Below are positions 38,162 through 49,081 of a stretch of 64,000 nt of DNA, in pieces. Origin of the DNA: Escherichia phage 348Ecol098PP. The first letter of the stretch is position 1, and each line of letters opens with the position of its first letter. The stretch lies in the sequence record OR062947.1. One strand, given 5' to 3'. The position numbers were made by a program, and so were the translations under genes. The notes under the pieces were generated by a model that did not search any database, was not told the DNA's origin, and saw only the letters and a program-made list of their open reading frames with translations.

Positions 38162-38664
38162 GTACCTTTAACTTCCATAAGAACATGGAAATCATGGAAG
38201 GTAATGCCAAGATTATGAAGTTCATTGCTCGTGATGAACAGCTCCACCTCAAGGGCACTCAATATATTATTCGTGCTTTACAAGATGGCGAAGACGGTGA
38301 TGAATGGGTCAAAATTGCTCAAGAGTGTGAACAAGAAGCAGTTGATATTTTCATGGAAGTTAACGCTCAAGAAAAAGAATGGGCTGAACACTTGTTTAAA
38401 GATGGTGCTCTTCCAGGTCTAAATGTTAAAATCCTAAGTGAATTTGTGGATTATCTTACCGTGTCTCGTATGCGTAGTTGTGGTCTGCCATGTCCTCTTA
38501 AAGACGTATCAACTCGTCATCCTATTCCATGGATTCGTGAGTATTTGAACTCTGATTTGGTTCAAGCAGCTCCTCAGGAAGTTGAAATCAGTTCTTATCT
38601 TGTCGCACAAATTGATAATGATGTAGACCAAAATGTAATCAATTCATACAAAAAATATTTCTAA
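38162..38664 (+). CDS. nrdB: ribonucleotide reductase beta subunit, exon 2
   Basis: In-frame continuation (C)TFNFHKNMEIMEGNAKIMKFIARDEQLHLKGTQYIIR; combined protein about 392 aa. Confidence 0.8.
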
Positions 38665-38668
38665 GGAC

Positions 38669-38690
38669 GGGACTTCGGTCCCACTTTATT
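38669..38690 (+). terminator. UUCG-tetraloop hairpin, weak terminator or RNA stability element
   Basis: gggacTTCGgtccc followed by actttatt, directly before the denA ATG. Confidence 0.4.
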
Positions 38691-39101
38691 ATGAAAGATA
38701 TTGCCGCCGAATATTCCTTTATTAAATATACAGAATTGGAGCTATTAGAAGATGCAACAATTAAAACAGTTGATGTCCCTAATAAGAAAAATGTCATATA
38801 CGCTATTGCTATAGATGACGAACTTGTGTATATTGGTAAAACCAAGAATTTAAAGAAACGCATTAACTATTATCGAACAGCCATAAATCGAAAAGACCAG
38901 ACTTCAGATTCAAGAAAATCACTTATGATTTTGGATGCCTTAATGCAAGGCAAAAAGGTTGAATTCTGGGCCCGCCAATGTTTTGACCTTTCAGTCACCA
39001 ACGAACTTGGTTCAATGACCATCGCAACAATGGACCTTGAAGAACCGCTTTTTATCAAAAAGTTCAACCCGCCTTGGAATATCCAACATAAGAAAAAGTA
39101 G
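38691..39101 (+). CDS. denA: endonuclease II
   Basis: 136-aa ORF, same length as T4 DenA; GIY-YIG-like VIYAIAIDDELVYIGKT; position between nrdB and rnlA. Confidence 0.75.
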   Translation: MKDIAAEYSFIKYTELELLEDATIKTVDVPNKKNVIYAIAIDDELVYIGKTKNLKKRINYYRTAINRKDQTSDSRKSLMILDALMQGKKVEFWARQCFDLSVTNELGSMTIATMDLEEPLFIKKFNPPWNIQHKKK

Positions 39102-39130
39102 TTTACATACCACAAGGATTGTGGTACAAT
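39101..39130 (+). promoter_or_regulatory. T4-type early promoter inside a palindrome
   Basis: GTTTAC at 39101-39106; palindrome taccacaa-gga-ttgtggta; tacaat at 39125-39130. Confidence 0.5.
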
Positions 39131-39148
39131 TTAAAAAAAACTAACTGA

Positions 39149-40282
<1,134 letters not shown>

Positions 40283-40344
40283 TGGTTTACAAACACCAAG
40301 GAAGGTGTTACTATGGCTTTTATCAACAACACGAGGAGAAAATT

Positions 40345-40845
40345 ATGAATATGCAATTGATTACTAACGATATGGTCGTAACCGCTTTTGGAGACACAAC
40401 TGACGGAATCCGGGTCTTTAAGAAAGGACGTCCAGTTGGTTATCTTACGGACCTACGTGTTACACTAGCGAAAAATGCTAAAAAGAAGTTAAAGCAAAAG
40501 GAATATTCAACACGTTACACCGAAGAGAAACGTGAAGCGATGCCGGAAGCAGTTAATGCCATGGTAGAATTTCTTCAAAACAATTTGACTAAATATGACG
40601 CTAATGTGTTCATTAATATTAGTCAACCAAACGTACATATCGCAGGTATAAAATTCTACATTATTTGCGACCCTCTTACCGACAAATTCAACCGTCTCGG
40701 AATCTCAAGTCCATATCATACAGCAGAAGAGTTGTGTGTATTGTTTGAATCGTACAAAATCCAGTGTGATGGTTTGAAAACCGTTCTTATCAATGGATTG
40801 TCCCGAGATGAAATCATTGAGATTATTAAAACATGCTTAAAGTAA
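40345..40845 (+). CDS. alc: Alc, inhibitor of host transcription
   Basis: 166 aa from the ATG at 40345 (aggag RBS); size and position match T4 alc; sequence identity not verified from memory. Confidence 0.55.
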   Translation: MNMQLITNDMVVTAFGDTTDGIRVFKKGRPVGYLTDLRVTLAKNAKKKLKQKEYSTRYTEEKREAMPEAVNAMVEFLQNNLTKYDANVFINISQPNVHIAGIKFYIICDPLTDKFNRLGISSPYHTAEELCVLFESYKIQCDGLKTVLINGLSRDEIIEIIKTCLK

Positions 40846-41189
40846 ATCCTATTTACGCTATAGTAGCAGCTTTTGCTCTAGTTTCTACGGTAACAATAGT
40901 TGTCTTAAACAACAAAGTTGATTCGTTGAATACTGAATTAGCTTCTGTCAAAGAGACCGCTAAAAACAATGCTAAAGTATTAGACGACTTCAAGGTTCAA
41001 TATCAGTCAATCGAAGAAATGACTTATAAGAACCGTGTTTTAGTTGACCAACTTAAGGCCGAAAATGAAAAGCTCCGTAAGGATTCGAAGAAGAAGAACG
41101 TGGTGGCAAGTAAACCAGGATTGGTCGAAAAACAAATCAACAGGTCCTTCGATTCCTTTGCAGAAGACCTCAGGAAGCTCTCAGAATGA
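40833..41189 (+). CDS. pseT.3: i-spanin (Rz-like): N-terminal TM helix plus coiled coil
   Basis: 118 aa; hydrophobic N-terminus IYAIVAAFALVSTVTIVVL then charged coiled-coil-like region; lies between alc and pseT where T4 encodes its spanins. Confidence 0.55.
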   Translation: MLKVNPIYAIVAAFALVSTVTIVVLNNKVDSLNTELASVKETAKNNAKVLDDFKVQYQSIEEMTYKNRVLVDQLKAENEKLRKDSKKKNVVASKPGLVEKQINRSFDSFAEDLRKLSE

Positions 41190-41476
41190 TTAAATTAACC
41201 GCAGTTGTATTATCTATTGGCATTTTGGCTGGATGTGCCCAGGATGTGCCCTTAAGCCCTAAAGAAACTTTACATCCGCCATGGCCAGAATCTATTGTTG
41301 AATATAACCAGAAATGGCAAGTAAAGGTTATTGATGGTAATCCGTGGGTTGGAATGCCATTTGAAGACTCTCAAGAATTTCGTATCTGGTTAAACGACGT
41401 AAAAAGATATGTACATGACCAGAAGACTATGTTATGTTATTATCGTAGTGGTTTAAAAGAGGAAAAATGTCAATGA
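41186..41476 (+). CDS. pseT.2: o-spanin (Rz1-like outer-membrane lipoprotein)
   Basis: 96 aa; signal peptide with lipobox LAGC (MIKLTAVVLSIGILAGCAQ); ATGA overlap with the i-spanin. Confidence 0.55.
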   Translation: MIKLTAVVLSIGILAGCAQDVPLSPKETLHPPWPESIVEYNQKWQVKVIDGNPWVGMPFEDSQEFRIWLNDVKRYVHDQKTMLCYYRSGLKEEKCQ

Positions 41477-41691
41477 CTAAAGAACAGCATGAATACATTA
41501 AAGGGCTTATCTATGAATCTGAAATGGCGGCTATGATTTATGGACGCCAGATTCAACGATTAGAATCTTTGCCTCCGACTAATGACCGCTTGTTAGTTCA
41601 GTCTCGTGCTAATCTGAAAAATGAATATCAGAATAAGTGGGCAGTAGCGACTAAAGCTCTTCATGAGTATATTGAATCTTTAGTAAAATAG
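41467..41691 (+). CDS. hypothetical protein
   Basis: 74-aa ORF. Confidence 0.45.
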   Translation: MSMTKEQHEYIKGLIYESEMAAMIYGRQIQRLESLPPTNDRLLVQSRANLKNEYQNKWAVATKALHEYIESLVK

Positions 41692-41720
41692 TTTACAAAC
41701 TCTCGGGAGCAGAGTATAAT
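41691..41720 (+). promoter_or_regulatory. T4-type early promoter inside a stem-loop
   Basis: GTTTAC at 41691-41696; tataat at 41715-41720 flanked by ggagca/tgctcc. Confidence 0.5.
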
Positions 41721-41748
41721 GCTCCTATGGATAATTGAGGAAATCTAA

Positions 41749-42047
41749 ATGAAAACATTACTAGAGAATTACATCAAACGGTCTGATGAGTATATTGATA
41801 TCTGCCGTGGAATGTCACTTGTCGATTATGACAAAGATGCAGCAAAGGCACTAGATGAAGCAGGTAAAGCTCTTCGTAAAGCTGCTAAAGAAAAAGGGTT
41901 GGATTTGCAACAACTCAAAAGTCATATGATTAAATTTATTTCTTCAAACGTTAGAAGTACGTCAATTAATAAAAACGTTGCTGAAATTAATAAAGACCGG
42001 CGCGAGCATAACATTCGTATTCTTGAAACTTTCTTAGGAATAAAATA

Positions 42048-42048
<1 letters not shown>
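41749..42048 (+). CDS. hypothetical protein
   Basis: 99-aa ORF with gagga RBS. Confidence 0.5.
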
Positions 42049-43134
<1,086 letters not shown>

Positions 43135-43135
<1 letters not shown>

Positions 43136-43326
43136 TGAAACGATTATATGAAGTGATTGAGGCCATCGAACGGCATAAAGAATATTTGTTTGTAGCCTGG
43201 CCTTTAGTAAATGGACAGTTCGGTATTGATGTGCTGGACTATGAGCATGAAGAACGTTTGGACGGTGGTATATTTGATAACGTCGACCAGGCAATTGAAT
43301 GGTTAAATGAAAACTATGTACGATAA
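43135..43326 (+). CDS. hypothetical protein
   Basis: 63-aa ORF, TAATG overlap with the pseT stop. Confidence 0.45.
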
Positions 43327-43531
43327 ACATCATGAAATCGAAGATGAAGCATACAAAATGCTTCGTAAACTAGTGGGACTTAATATGAGTCCTACATTAA
43401 TCAACAAACTCGCAGGAATTCGTAATGATCTGAATACTCGTTACAAAGGCGAATATCATGTAGAGTTTGTTCCTGTAGGTGAACCGACCGAGCGATTTGT
43501 TGTTCGAGTTAAAGTAAATACTGTACACTGA
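43307..43531 (+). CDS. hypothetical protein
   Basis: 74-aa ORF. Confidence 0.45.
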   Translation: MKTMYDKHHEIEDEAYKMLRKLVGLNMSPTLINKLAGIRNDLNTRYKGEYHVEFVPVGEPTERFVVRVKVNTVH

Positions 43532-43538
43532 GGTAATT

Positions 43539-43814
43539 ATGTTCCCAACTTATTCTGAAATTGTAAAGGTAGTCTTCAGTCAGATTATTGCTAATAATAT
43601 GTTTGAAGTGCTTGATAATGCAGCCGAACTCAGAGTTCATGCTCAACTAACTCATGTACTCAATGCTTTGCTCCCAGACCAAGTAGATTCTATTGCTATT
43701 ACTCTTCTCCCTGGGTCTGCACACGTCATAGTGGTATTTGATCTTGACGGCGATTTAGTTATCCAATGTGATATCAATTTCGGTACACAAAAAATTGAAT
43801 GCAAAGCAATTTAA
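43539..43814 (+). CDS. hypothetical protein
   Basis: 91-aa ORF. Confidence 0.45.
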   Translation: MFPTYSEIVKVVFSQIIANNMFEVLDNAAELRVHAQLTHVLNALLPDQVDSIAITLLPGSAHVIVVFDLDGDLVIQCDINFGTQKIECKAI

Positions 43815-43816
43815 TG

Positions 43817-43850
43817 GTTTACAACATGGTGGAGTTGTGATACTATAACT
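43817..43850 (+). promoter_or_regulatory. T4-type early promoter inside a stem-loop
   Basis: GTTTAC at 43817-43822; imperfect inverted repeat ggtggagtt/aactctacc around gtgatactata. Confidence 0.45.
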
Positions 43851-43874
43851 CTACCAACAAATGAGGAAATAGAA

Positions 43875-44111
43875 ATGCTAAGTGAAAACCCAATTACAGT
43901 ACACGAATTTCAGATTAAAGTAAAAGAATTTGCTCAAGCACTCATCAATAAAGTGTCTGAACGTTTCCAAGATGCAACATTACGAGTTATTCAAGAATCT
44001 CCACGTTCTTTTCTCATAATCGTTAATCCTAAAGATGGTGACCAAATTACTAATCTTAAATTAGGCAGTGATGGTCTTGTTGAAGCAACTCGAGTATATG
44101 GAACACTATAA
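43875..44111 (+). CDS. hypothetical protein
   Basis: 78-aa ORF with gagga RBS. Confidence 0.5.
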   Translation: MLSENPITVHEFQIKVKEFAQALINKVSERFQDATLRVIQESPRSFLIIVNPKDGDQITNLKLGSDGLVEATRVYGTL

Positions 44112-44231
44112 TGAGAGCTATCTCATTACTATCGAGAATGGTCATAAATCTGAGCACTACCAACTTAGCCTGTCTAATCCGGTTAAAGGTATTGTTGAAT
44201 CAGAATCTGTTTATATCTCCTAAGGATTGTT

Positions 44232-45224
44232 ATGTTACCTGTCGTCAGAAAACTTATTTCTCCAAAAGAACTGGCTGAGATTATTCCTTTGTCGGAAGCT
44301 TACGCATCACAAGTGGCTTCTCATCGTGAACAAGTTAATTCGATTATGAACGGTGAAGACCCACGCAAACTTATTGTTGTAGGTCCTTGTTCAATTCATG
44401 ACCCTATTGCTGCTGTTGAATACGGCAAACGTCTGGCTGAACTTCAAACTCGTCTTCCTAATGTTCTGTTAGTGATGCGCGTTTATTTTGAAAAGCCTCG
44501 AACTACCGTAGGTTGGAAAGGTCTTGTAAATGATCCATATCTTGACGGAAGTTTTGATATGAACCACGGTCTTATAGTTGCACGAACATTGTGTCGTAAA
44601 CTTCTACGTATGGGACTTCCATTAGCAACTGAAGTATTAGACCCATTCACGATTAAGTATCTTTCTGGTATTTTCTCATGGGTTGCTATTGGCGCCCGTA
44701 CGACTGAAAGTCAGACACATCGTGAAATTGCTTCAGGTCTACCGATGTGCGTAGGCTTCAAGAACGCAACCAGTGGTTCTATTAAAGTAGCTACAGACGC
44801 GATGTATAGTGCCGCCTGGCCTCATCGGTATATGGGTATGGACGTCGATGGTACTGTAGGCATTGTTGAAGCTGAAGGTAATCAGAATACGCATATCATA
44901 TTGCGTGGCGGGACCAACGGCCCGAACTATCATTCTTCTGATATTCAAGAAGCTTCTAACAAAGCAAGTGCAGTAGGTCTGAATCATTATGTAATGGTTG
45001 ACTGTAGCCATGCAAACGCTGCTGGGCATTATAGCAATCAAATTGGTATTGGTAAAAATTTAGCAGCTAATGATTTGGTCAAAGGAATTATGATAGAATC
45101 ATTCCTACATGAAGGAAATCAAAAAATTTCTGATAATATGTCCTATGGCGTTTCCATTACCGATGCGTGCATCAGTTGGGAACAAACTAAAGAGCTGTTA
45201 ACTTATATTAATAAGGTTCAATAA
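44232..45224 (+). CDS. 3-deoxy-7-phosphoheptulonate (DAHP) synthase, class I (AroG/AroF/AroH-like)
   Basis: 330-aa ORF; GPCSIHD, FEKPRTTVGWKGL, GARTTESQTHRE, VDCSHANA, ESFLHEGNQ, SITDACISWE match recalled E. coli AroG signature and metal/PEP-binding positions; stop overlaps the cd start. Confidence 0.8.
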   Translation: MLPVVRKLISPKELAEIIPLSEAYASQVASHREQVNSIMNGEDPRKLIVVGPCSIHDPIAAVEYGKRLAELQTRLPNVLLVMRVYFEKPRTTVGWKGLVNDPYLDGSFDMNHGLIVARTLCRKLLRMGLPLATEVLDPFTIKYLSGIFSWVAIGARTTESQTHREIASGLPMCVGFKNATSGSIKVATDAMYSAAWPHRYMGMDVDGTVGIVEAEGNQNTHIILRGGTNGPNYHSSDIQEASNKASAVGLNHYVMVDCSHANAAGHYSNQIGIGKNLAANDLVKGIMIESFLHEGNQKISDNMSYGVSITDACISWEQTKELLTYINKVQ

Positions 45225-45805
45225 TGAAAGCTAGCACATATCTTCAAATTGCTTATTTGATTTCTCAAGAATCAAAATGTTGTTCATGGAAAGTTGGTGC
45301 CGTCATTGAAAAAGATGGACGCATTATTTCTACAGGTTATAATGGCTCTCCTTCAGGTGGTACAAACTGTTGCGAACATGCGTCCGAAAACGGCTGGTTG
45401 AAGAATAAACCAAGCCCGGTCATCGTTGCTGGGCATAAAGAAGGCACTACAGCATTTGGACGGGCAGATAATTTTGTTTTGGCTAAAGAACATCGGGCTG
45501 CTCATAGTGCATGGTCTGCTAATAACGAAATCCATGCAGAATTGAATGCAATTTTGTTCGCAGCTCGTAAAGGTAATTCTATTGAAGGTGCTACGTTATA
45601 TACTACGCTTTCTCCGTGTCCTGATTGCACTAAAGCTATCACACAATCAGGCATTAAAAAGGTCGTATATGCAGAATTATATGACCGGTCTCCTGAAAAT
45701 TGGGCAGACATTCTAAAACAAGCTGGTATTGAAGTAATTCAGTACTCTCGTAATAATCTTCGTTCTCTGAATTGGGAACAAATCCGAAACTTTTGTGGTG
45801 AATAA
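45224..45805 (+). CDS. cd: dCMP deaminase
   Basis: 193-aa ORF, same length as T4 Cd; zinc-binding HAE...PCxxC deaminase motifs. Confidence 0.85.
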   Translation: MKASTYLQIAYLISQESKCCSWKVGAVIEKDGRIISTGYNGSPSGGTNCCEHASENGWLKNKPSPVIVAGHKEGTTAFGRADNFVLAKEHRAAHSAWSANNEIHAELNAILFAARKGNSIEGATLYTTLSPCPDCTKAITQSGIKKVVYAELYDRSPENWADILKQAGIEVIQYSRNNLRSLNWEQIRNFCGE

Positions 45806-45806
45806 T

Positions 45807-46103
45807 ATGATTTTAACTGAACAAGAAACTATGGTTCTTCGTGAACGTATTAAAACTATTCTGTCTGTAGGCGTTCATCGTGTTGTATTTGAAAAGGCTA
45901 ATGGTGATGTTCGTACGATGTTTGCTTCTCGTGATGAACTTGAAGTCAAATATGAAAATAGAAATCCAGCAACAGAAGTTCGTTCTGAACCTCGTGAATC
46001 AGTTCGAGCATTCGATACCGAGTTAGGTCAGTGGCGTTCTTTCCGCCTTGATAAAGTAATTTCGGTTGATGGTACTCCGGTAGAACGTTTGCTTCTTATG
46101 TAA
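45807..46103 (+). CDS. hypothetical protein
   Basis: 98 aa from the ATG at 45807, just after the cd stop. Confidence 0.5.
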   Translation: MILTEQETMVLRERIKTILSVGVHRVVFEKANGDVRTMFASRDELEVKYENRNPATEVRSEPRESVRAFDTELGQWRSFRLDKVISVDGTPVERLLLM

Positions 46104-46160
46104 TATGCTTTACGAATAGTATGGTATTATTAATCTATCGTCAAACAACAAGGAAATAAG

Positions 46161-46493
46161 ATGTCTGAAGTACAACTCCCAATTCGTGCTGTTGGTGAAT
46201 ATGTCATTCTGGTTTCTGAACCCGCTCAAGCAGGTGATGAAGAAGTTACCGAATCAGGACTTGTGATTGGTAAACGTGTTCAAGGTGAAGTTCCTGAACT
46301 ATGTGTAGTTCATTCTGTAGGTCCTGATGTTCCTGAAGGTTTTGTTGAAGTTGGTGATTTGACTCCACTACCAGTTGGACAAATTCGAAATGTTCCACAT
46401 CCATTTGTGGCTTTGGGACTTAAACAACCTAAAGAAATTAAACAGAAATTCGTAACATGCCACTATAAAGCTATTCCGTGTCTTTATAAGTGA
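46161..46493 (+). CDS. 31: co-chaperonin gp31 (GroES-like)
   Basis: 110-aa ORF near-identical to recalled T4 gp31 ([29 protein letters not shown]...[15 protein letters not shown]). Confidence 0.9.
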   Translation: MSEVQLPIRAVGEYVILVSEPAQAGDEEVTESGLVIGKRVQGEVPELCVVHSVGPDVPEGFVEVGDLTPLPVGQIRNVPHPFVALGLKQPKEIKQKFVTCHYKAIPCLYK

Positions 46494-46501
46494 TATAAAT
46501 A
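46494..46501 (+). promoter_or_regulatory. late promoter TATAAATA upstream of rIII
   Basis: Exact tataaata, about 115 nt upstream of the rIII ATG. Confidence 0.5.
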
Positions 46502-46617
46502 ACTATATGAAGAGAACACTCTTCTAAGCGGTAGCCTACAACTGAGAGACTTGTCGAAAGAAGGTGAAATTCAGACGAACGTGGCTACTAAATATTATCT
46601 CGAATTGAGAATTTAAA

Positions 46618-46866
46618 ATGATTAAACAATTACAACACGCTCTTGAACTGCAACGAAACGCATGGAATAATGGTCATGAAAACTACGGCGCATCTATTGA
46701 TGTTGAAGCCGAAGCTCTTGAAATCCTTCGTTATTTCAAACATCTGAACCCGGTCCAGGCAGCTTTGGCTTCTGAACTTGAAGCAAAAGATGAACTGAAA
46801 TATGCTAAGCCTTTGGCTTCTGCAGCTCGTAAAGCAGTACGTCATTTTGTTATTACCCTGAAATAA
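46618..46866 (+). CDS. rIII: rIII lysis-inhibition accessory protein
   Basis: 82-aa ORF near-identical to recalled T4 RIII (MIKQLQHALELQRNAWNNGHENYGASIDVEAEALEILRYFKHLNP...). Confidence 0.9.
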   Translation: MIKQLQHALELQRNAWNNGHENYGASIDVEAEALEILRYFKHLNPVQAALASELEAKDELKYAKPLASAARKAVRHFVITLK

Positions 46867-47060
46867 GTGTTAGGTGAGTCACTACCTTAGTGCGAAGTTA
46901 AAATCGAGGAGCCGTCGAACTATGTTTTACGGTGTACCTCTTGAATGTTGACGAGGTTTATGGTTATCCTGTCGTTAAATATCCAAAACCTATGTTCCCT
47001 TCGAGGGCTTGCGCAGGCAATGTCAATAAGTCCTGCATTTTCATTTAAAGAGAATTTATA

Positions 47061-47240
47061 ATGGCAAAACAAGCTAAAGCAAAGAAAGCAGTTGAAAAGA
47101 AAGTTGATGGTACCTCTAAACGCGCTGGATACAAGCGTGGGTCGAACTATCGTATTAATCAAACAGTTGAGAAGATCATGCGCAGAGCACGTGCAGTTCT
47201 TCGAGATGATGCTTCTCGTTTTGGAAAGGTTATTGCATAA
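47061..47240 (+). CDS. small highly basic protein (59 aa)
   Basis: MAKQAKAKKAVEKKVDGTSKRAGYKRGSNYRINQTVEKIMRRARAVLRDDASRFGKVIA; followed by a strong terminator; not in the ORF track. Confidence 0.45.
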   Translation: MAKQAKAKKAVEKKVDGTSKRAGYKRGSNYRINQTVEKIMRRARAVLRDDASRFGKVIA

Positions 47241-47245
47241 TTTTA

Positions 47246-47267
47246 GGGAGACTTCGGTCTCCCTTTT
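47246..47267 (+). terminator. rho-independent terminator
   Basis: gggagacTTCGgtctccc followed by tttt; identical hairpin to the one at 30213. Confidence 0.65.
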
Positions 47268-47299
47268 GTGCGTTTAGGGCAGAAAAAGTTTAAAAAGAT

Positions 47300-47328
47300 G
47301 TTTACTCTCCTGTAGGATGTGTTACTAT
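47300..47328 (+). promoter_or_regulatory. T4-type early promoter
   Basis: GTTTAC at 47300-47305, gtgttactatag -10 region. Confidence 0.5.
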
Positions 47329-47370
47329 AGACTTGTACCACCTAATCGATAAAACAAACCGGAGAACAAA

Positions 47371-47739
47371 ATGAAAATCAATCTGAACTCATACATCAAA
47401 TGTAAAGACCACGACGGTTATAAAGCTATCGAAATTAAAGAATTCCAGTGGATGTTATACAAAGAGCAATTTGAGTTCGTAGGTTGTATGACCCCTGAAG
47501 GACCTTCAGATGATTTCTCTTGGAAAATTGTGTTAGCAAACTTTTTCACAGGTGACACATACGAATTAAAAACTATTATTACCGGTAAAATTCGTTCAGA
47601 AACATATGTTGACGAAGAAACTGGTTACTCTGAAGATGTTACATGGTATCAAAATGGACGCATTACAGCAGATAACCTGATCGAAAAAATGAAAGCCAAA
47701 GGTGTTTTAAATTTAGACAATTGGATTAAAGTTGCATAA
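47371..47739 (+). CDS. hypothetical protein
   Basis: 122-aa ORF with ggaga RBS. Confidence 0.55.
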   Translation: MKINLNSYIKCKDHDGYKAIEIKEFQWMLYKEQFEFVGCMTPEGPSDDFSWKIVLANFFTGDTYELKTIITGKIRSETYVDEETGYSEDVTWYQNGRITADNLIEKMKAKGVLNLDNWIKVA

Positions 47740-47743
47740 AACA

Positions 47744-47772
47744 GTTTACTTTGGTACAGGTTATGTTATTAT
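47744..47772 (+). promoter_or_regulatory. T4-type early promoter inside a stem-loop
   Basis: GTTTAC at 47744-47749, tattat at 47767-47772; inverted repeat ggtacagg (47753-47760) / cctgtacc (47776-47783). Confidence 0.5.
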
Positions 47773-47813
47773 AGACCTGTACCAACAAACAACTTAAACA
47801 TCTGGAGAATAAA

Positions 47814-48179
47814 ATGAACTACATCAACTTCGAACGTAAATATGTTTCTAACGGTATCGCTGGTTCTTCTGAAGTTATTTGCTTATGGAAACACGAAAAC
47901 GGTACAGTTTGTGAAATCGAACAGTGCATGACTCCTAATTACGTTTATATGCGATTTGAAAACGGCATCACGGTTTCAATCACGATGGAAGGTTCAAATT
48001 TTAAAATTGCATTAGATGATGATTTCCGTCAGCGTGATTTAGGTACTCATCCTTGCTGGAACGGTGTTAATCGTAAACTTCTGGTTAAAACTTGGATTCG
48101 TCATATCCTGAGTAACCGAGCTAAACCTGAACATCTCGAAGCAATCTTTGATGTAGTTCTTAATGAATTCGATATCTAA
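47814..48179 (+). CDS. hypothetical protein
   Basis: 121-aa ORF with ggaga RBS. Confidence 0.55.
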   Translation: MNYINFERKYVSNGIAGSSEVICLWKHENGTVCEIEQCMTPNYVYMRFENGITVSITMEGSNFKIALDDDFRQRDLGTHPCWNGVNRKLLVKTWIRHILSNRAKPEHLEAIFDVVLNEFDI

Positions 48180-48214
48180 TTTAACTGGGAGCCGAAGCTC
48201 CCACTGAGGAAATT

Positions 48215-48829
48215 ATGTTTAAAGTTAATACTTTTTATAAAATGAATTTTAAAAATGGGGATATTACTCCACGCCTTAAAAACATGTTCTCATATGACCT
48301 TATCGAGCCTTTTGAAGTTTTAGAAGTTACTGATGCCGGCTCGGTTTGTGAAATTAGAACTTCTGAAGGTAAAATTTATCAGGCAGGTGTTGGTAAATTC
48401 AGTAATTGTTTTTCTTTAATATTCTCGACCGATTTAGATGAGCATTTTATTGAATGTCCTAACCCTAAGGTCTATGAAGTTCCACAACAAGAAACTAAGA
48501 AAAATGGTCCGCACGAATATACGAAGGTTGAAACTCCTCATGGCGTGATGTGGCGTCATAACTCTCCTTTTGGAAGTAAAGGAACATTTGCTCAACCGTC
48601 TAAACCGTATGACGATGAAAAATACGTCGTCGTCTTTTTATCTGAACAGGGCACTCAAGACCGTGGATGCCAACGAAGTGGTTTACTAAGTGAACTTGAA
48701 GCTCATAACCAAGCACGTGAATTCGTTGAGAAAAATCCTGGTTCTGAAGCTCTAGTCATGAAAGCAATTACTCAATATATCACTGCTCAACCTGTTGTTC
48801 ATCCGGTAGAAATTAATTTCGTTAAGTAG
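48215..48829 (+). CDS. hypothetical protein
   Basis: 204-aa ORF with gagga RBS. Confidence 0.55.
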   Translation: MFKVNTFYKMNFKNGDITPRLKNMFSYDLIEPFEVLEVTDAGSVCEIRTSEGKIYQAGVGKFSNCFSLIFSTDLDEHFIECPNPKVYEVPQQETKKNGPHEYTKVETPHGVMWRHNSPFGSKGTFAQPSKPYDDEKYVVVFLSEQGTQDRGCQRSGLLSELEAHNQAREFVEKNPGSEALVMKAITQYITAQPVVHPVEINFVK

Positions 48830-48859
48830 TTTACATCCAAGGACGGATTAGAGTATAAT
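48829..48859 (+). promoter_or_regulatory. T4-type early promoter
   Basis: GTTTAC at 48829-48834, tataat at 48854-48859. Confidence 0.45.
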
Positions 48860-48883
48860 GATTTCTTTAGTAAGTGGAAAAAT

Positions 48884-49081
48884 ATGAAATTTTTAATAGC
48901 ACAAACGGTCCAATTAAAAGGTGTTGGAATCCCTGGGATGATTTTTAAAGTTCTCCATGAATTTAAAACCGCCGCTGTAATTATCAATGAAGCGTATGCT
49001 GTTCAATGGGTTGATGGGACTTCTGACATACGTATGGGTAAAGAGTTATCTCCTATTAAAGGGTTGAAACATGTTGAATAA
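48884..49081 (+). CDS. hypothetical protein
   Basis: 65-aa ORF. Confidence 0.45.
   Translation: MKFLIAQTVQLKGVGIPGMIFKVLHEFKTAAVIINEAYAVQWVDGTSDIRMGKELSPIKGLKHVE

Noticed and set aside
44111-44278. 55-aa ORF starting at the TAATG at 44111 and reading into the DAHP synthase start; also a 41-aa ORF at 44098-44223
   Set aside because: The 55-aa frame overlaps the DAHP synthase start and has low-complexity sequence. The 41-aa frame is possible but overlaps the upstream gene end and has no clear RBS; left unannotated.
46920-47162. Minus-strand ORF 46920-47162 and plus-strand ORF 47092-47277
   Set aside because: They overlap the hairpin-rich intergenic region and the small basic ORF and terminator; no RBS, and 47092-47277 reads through the terminator hairpin.
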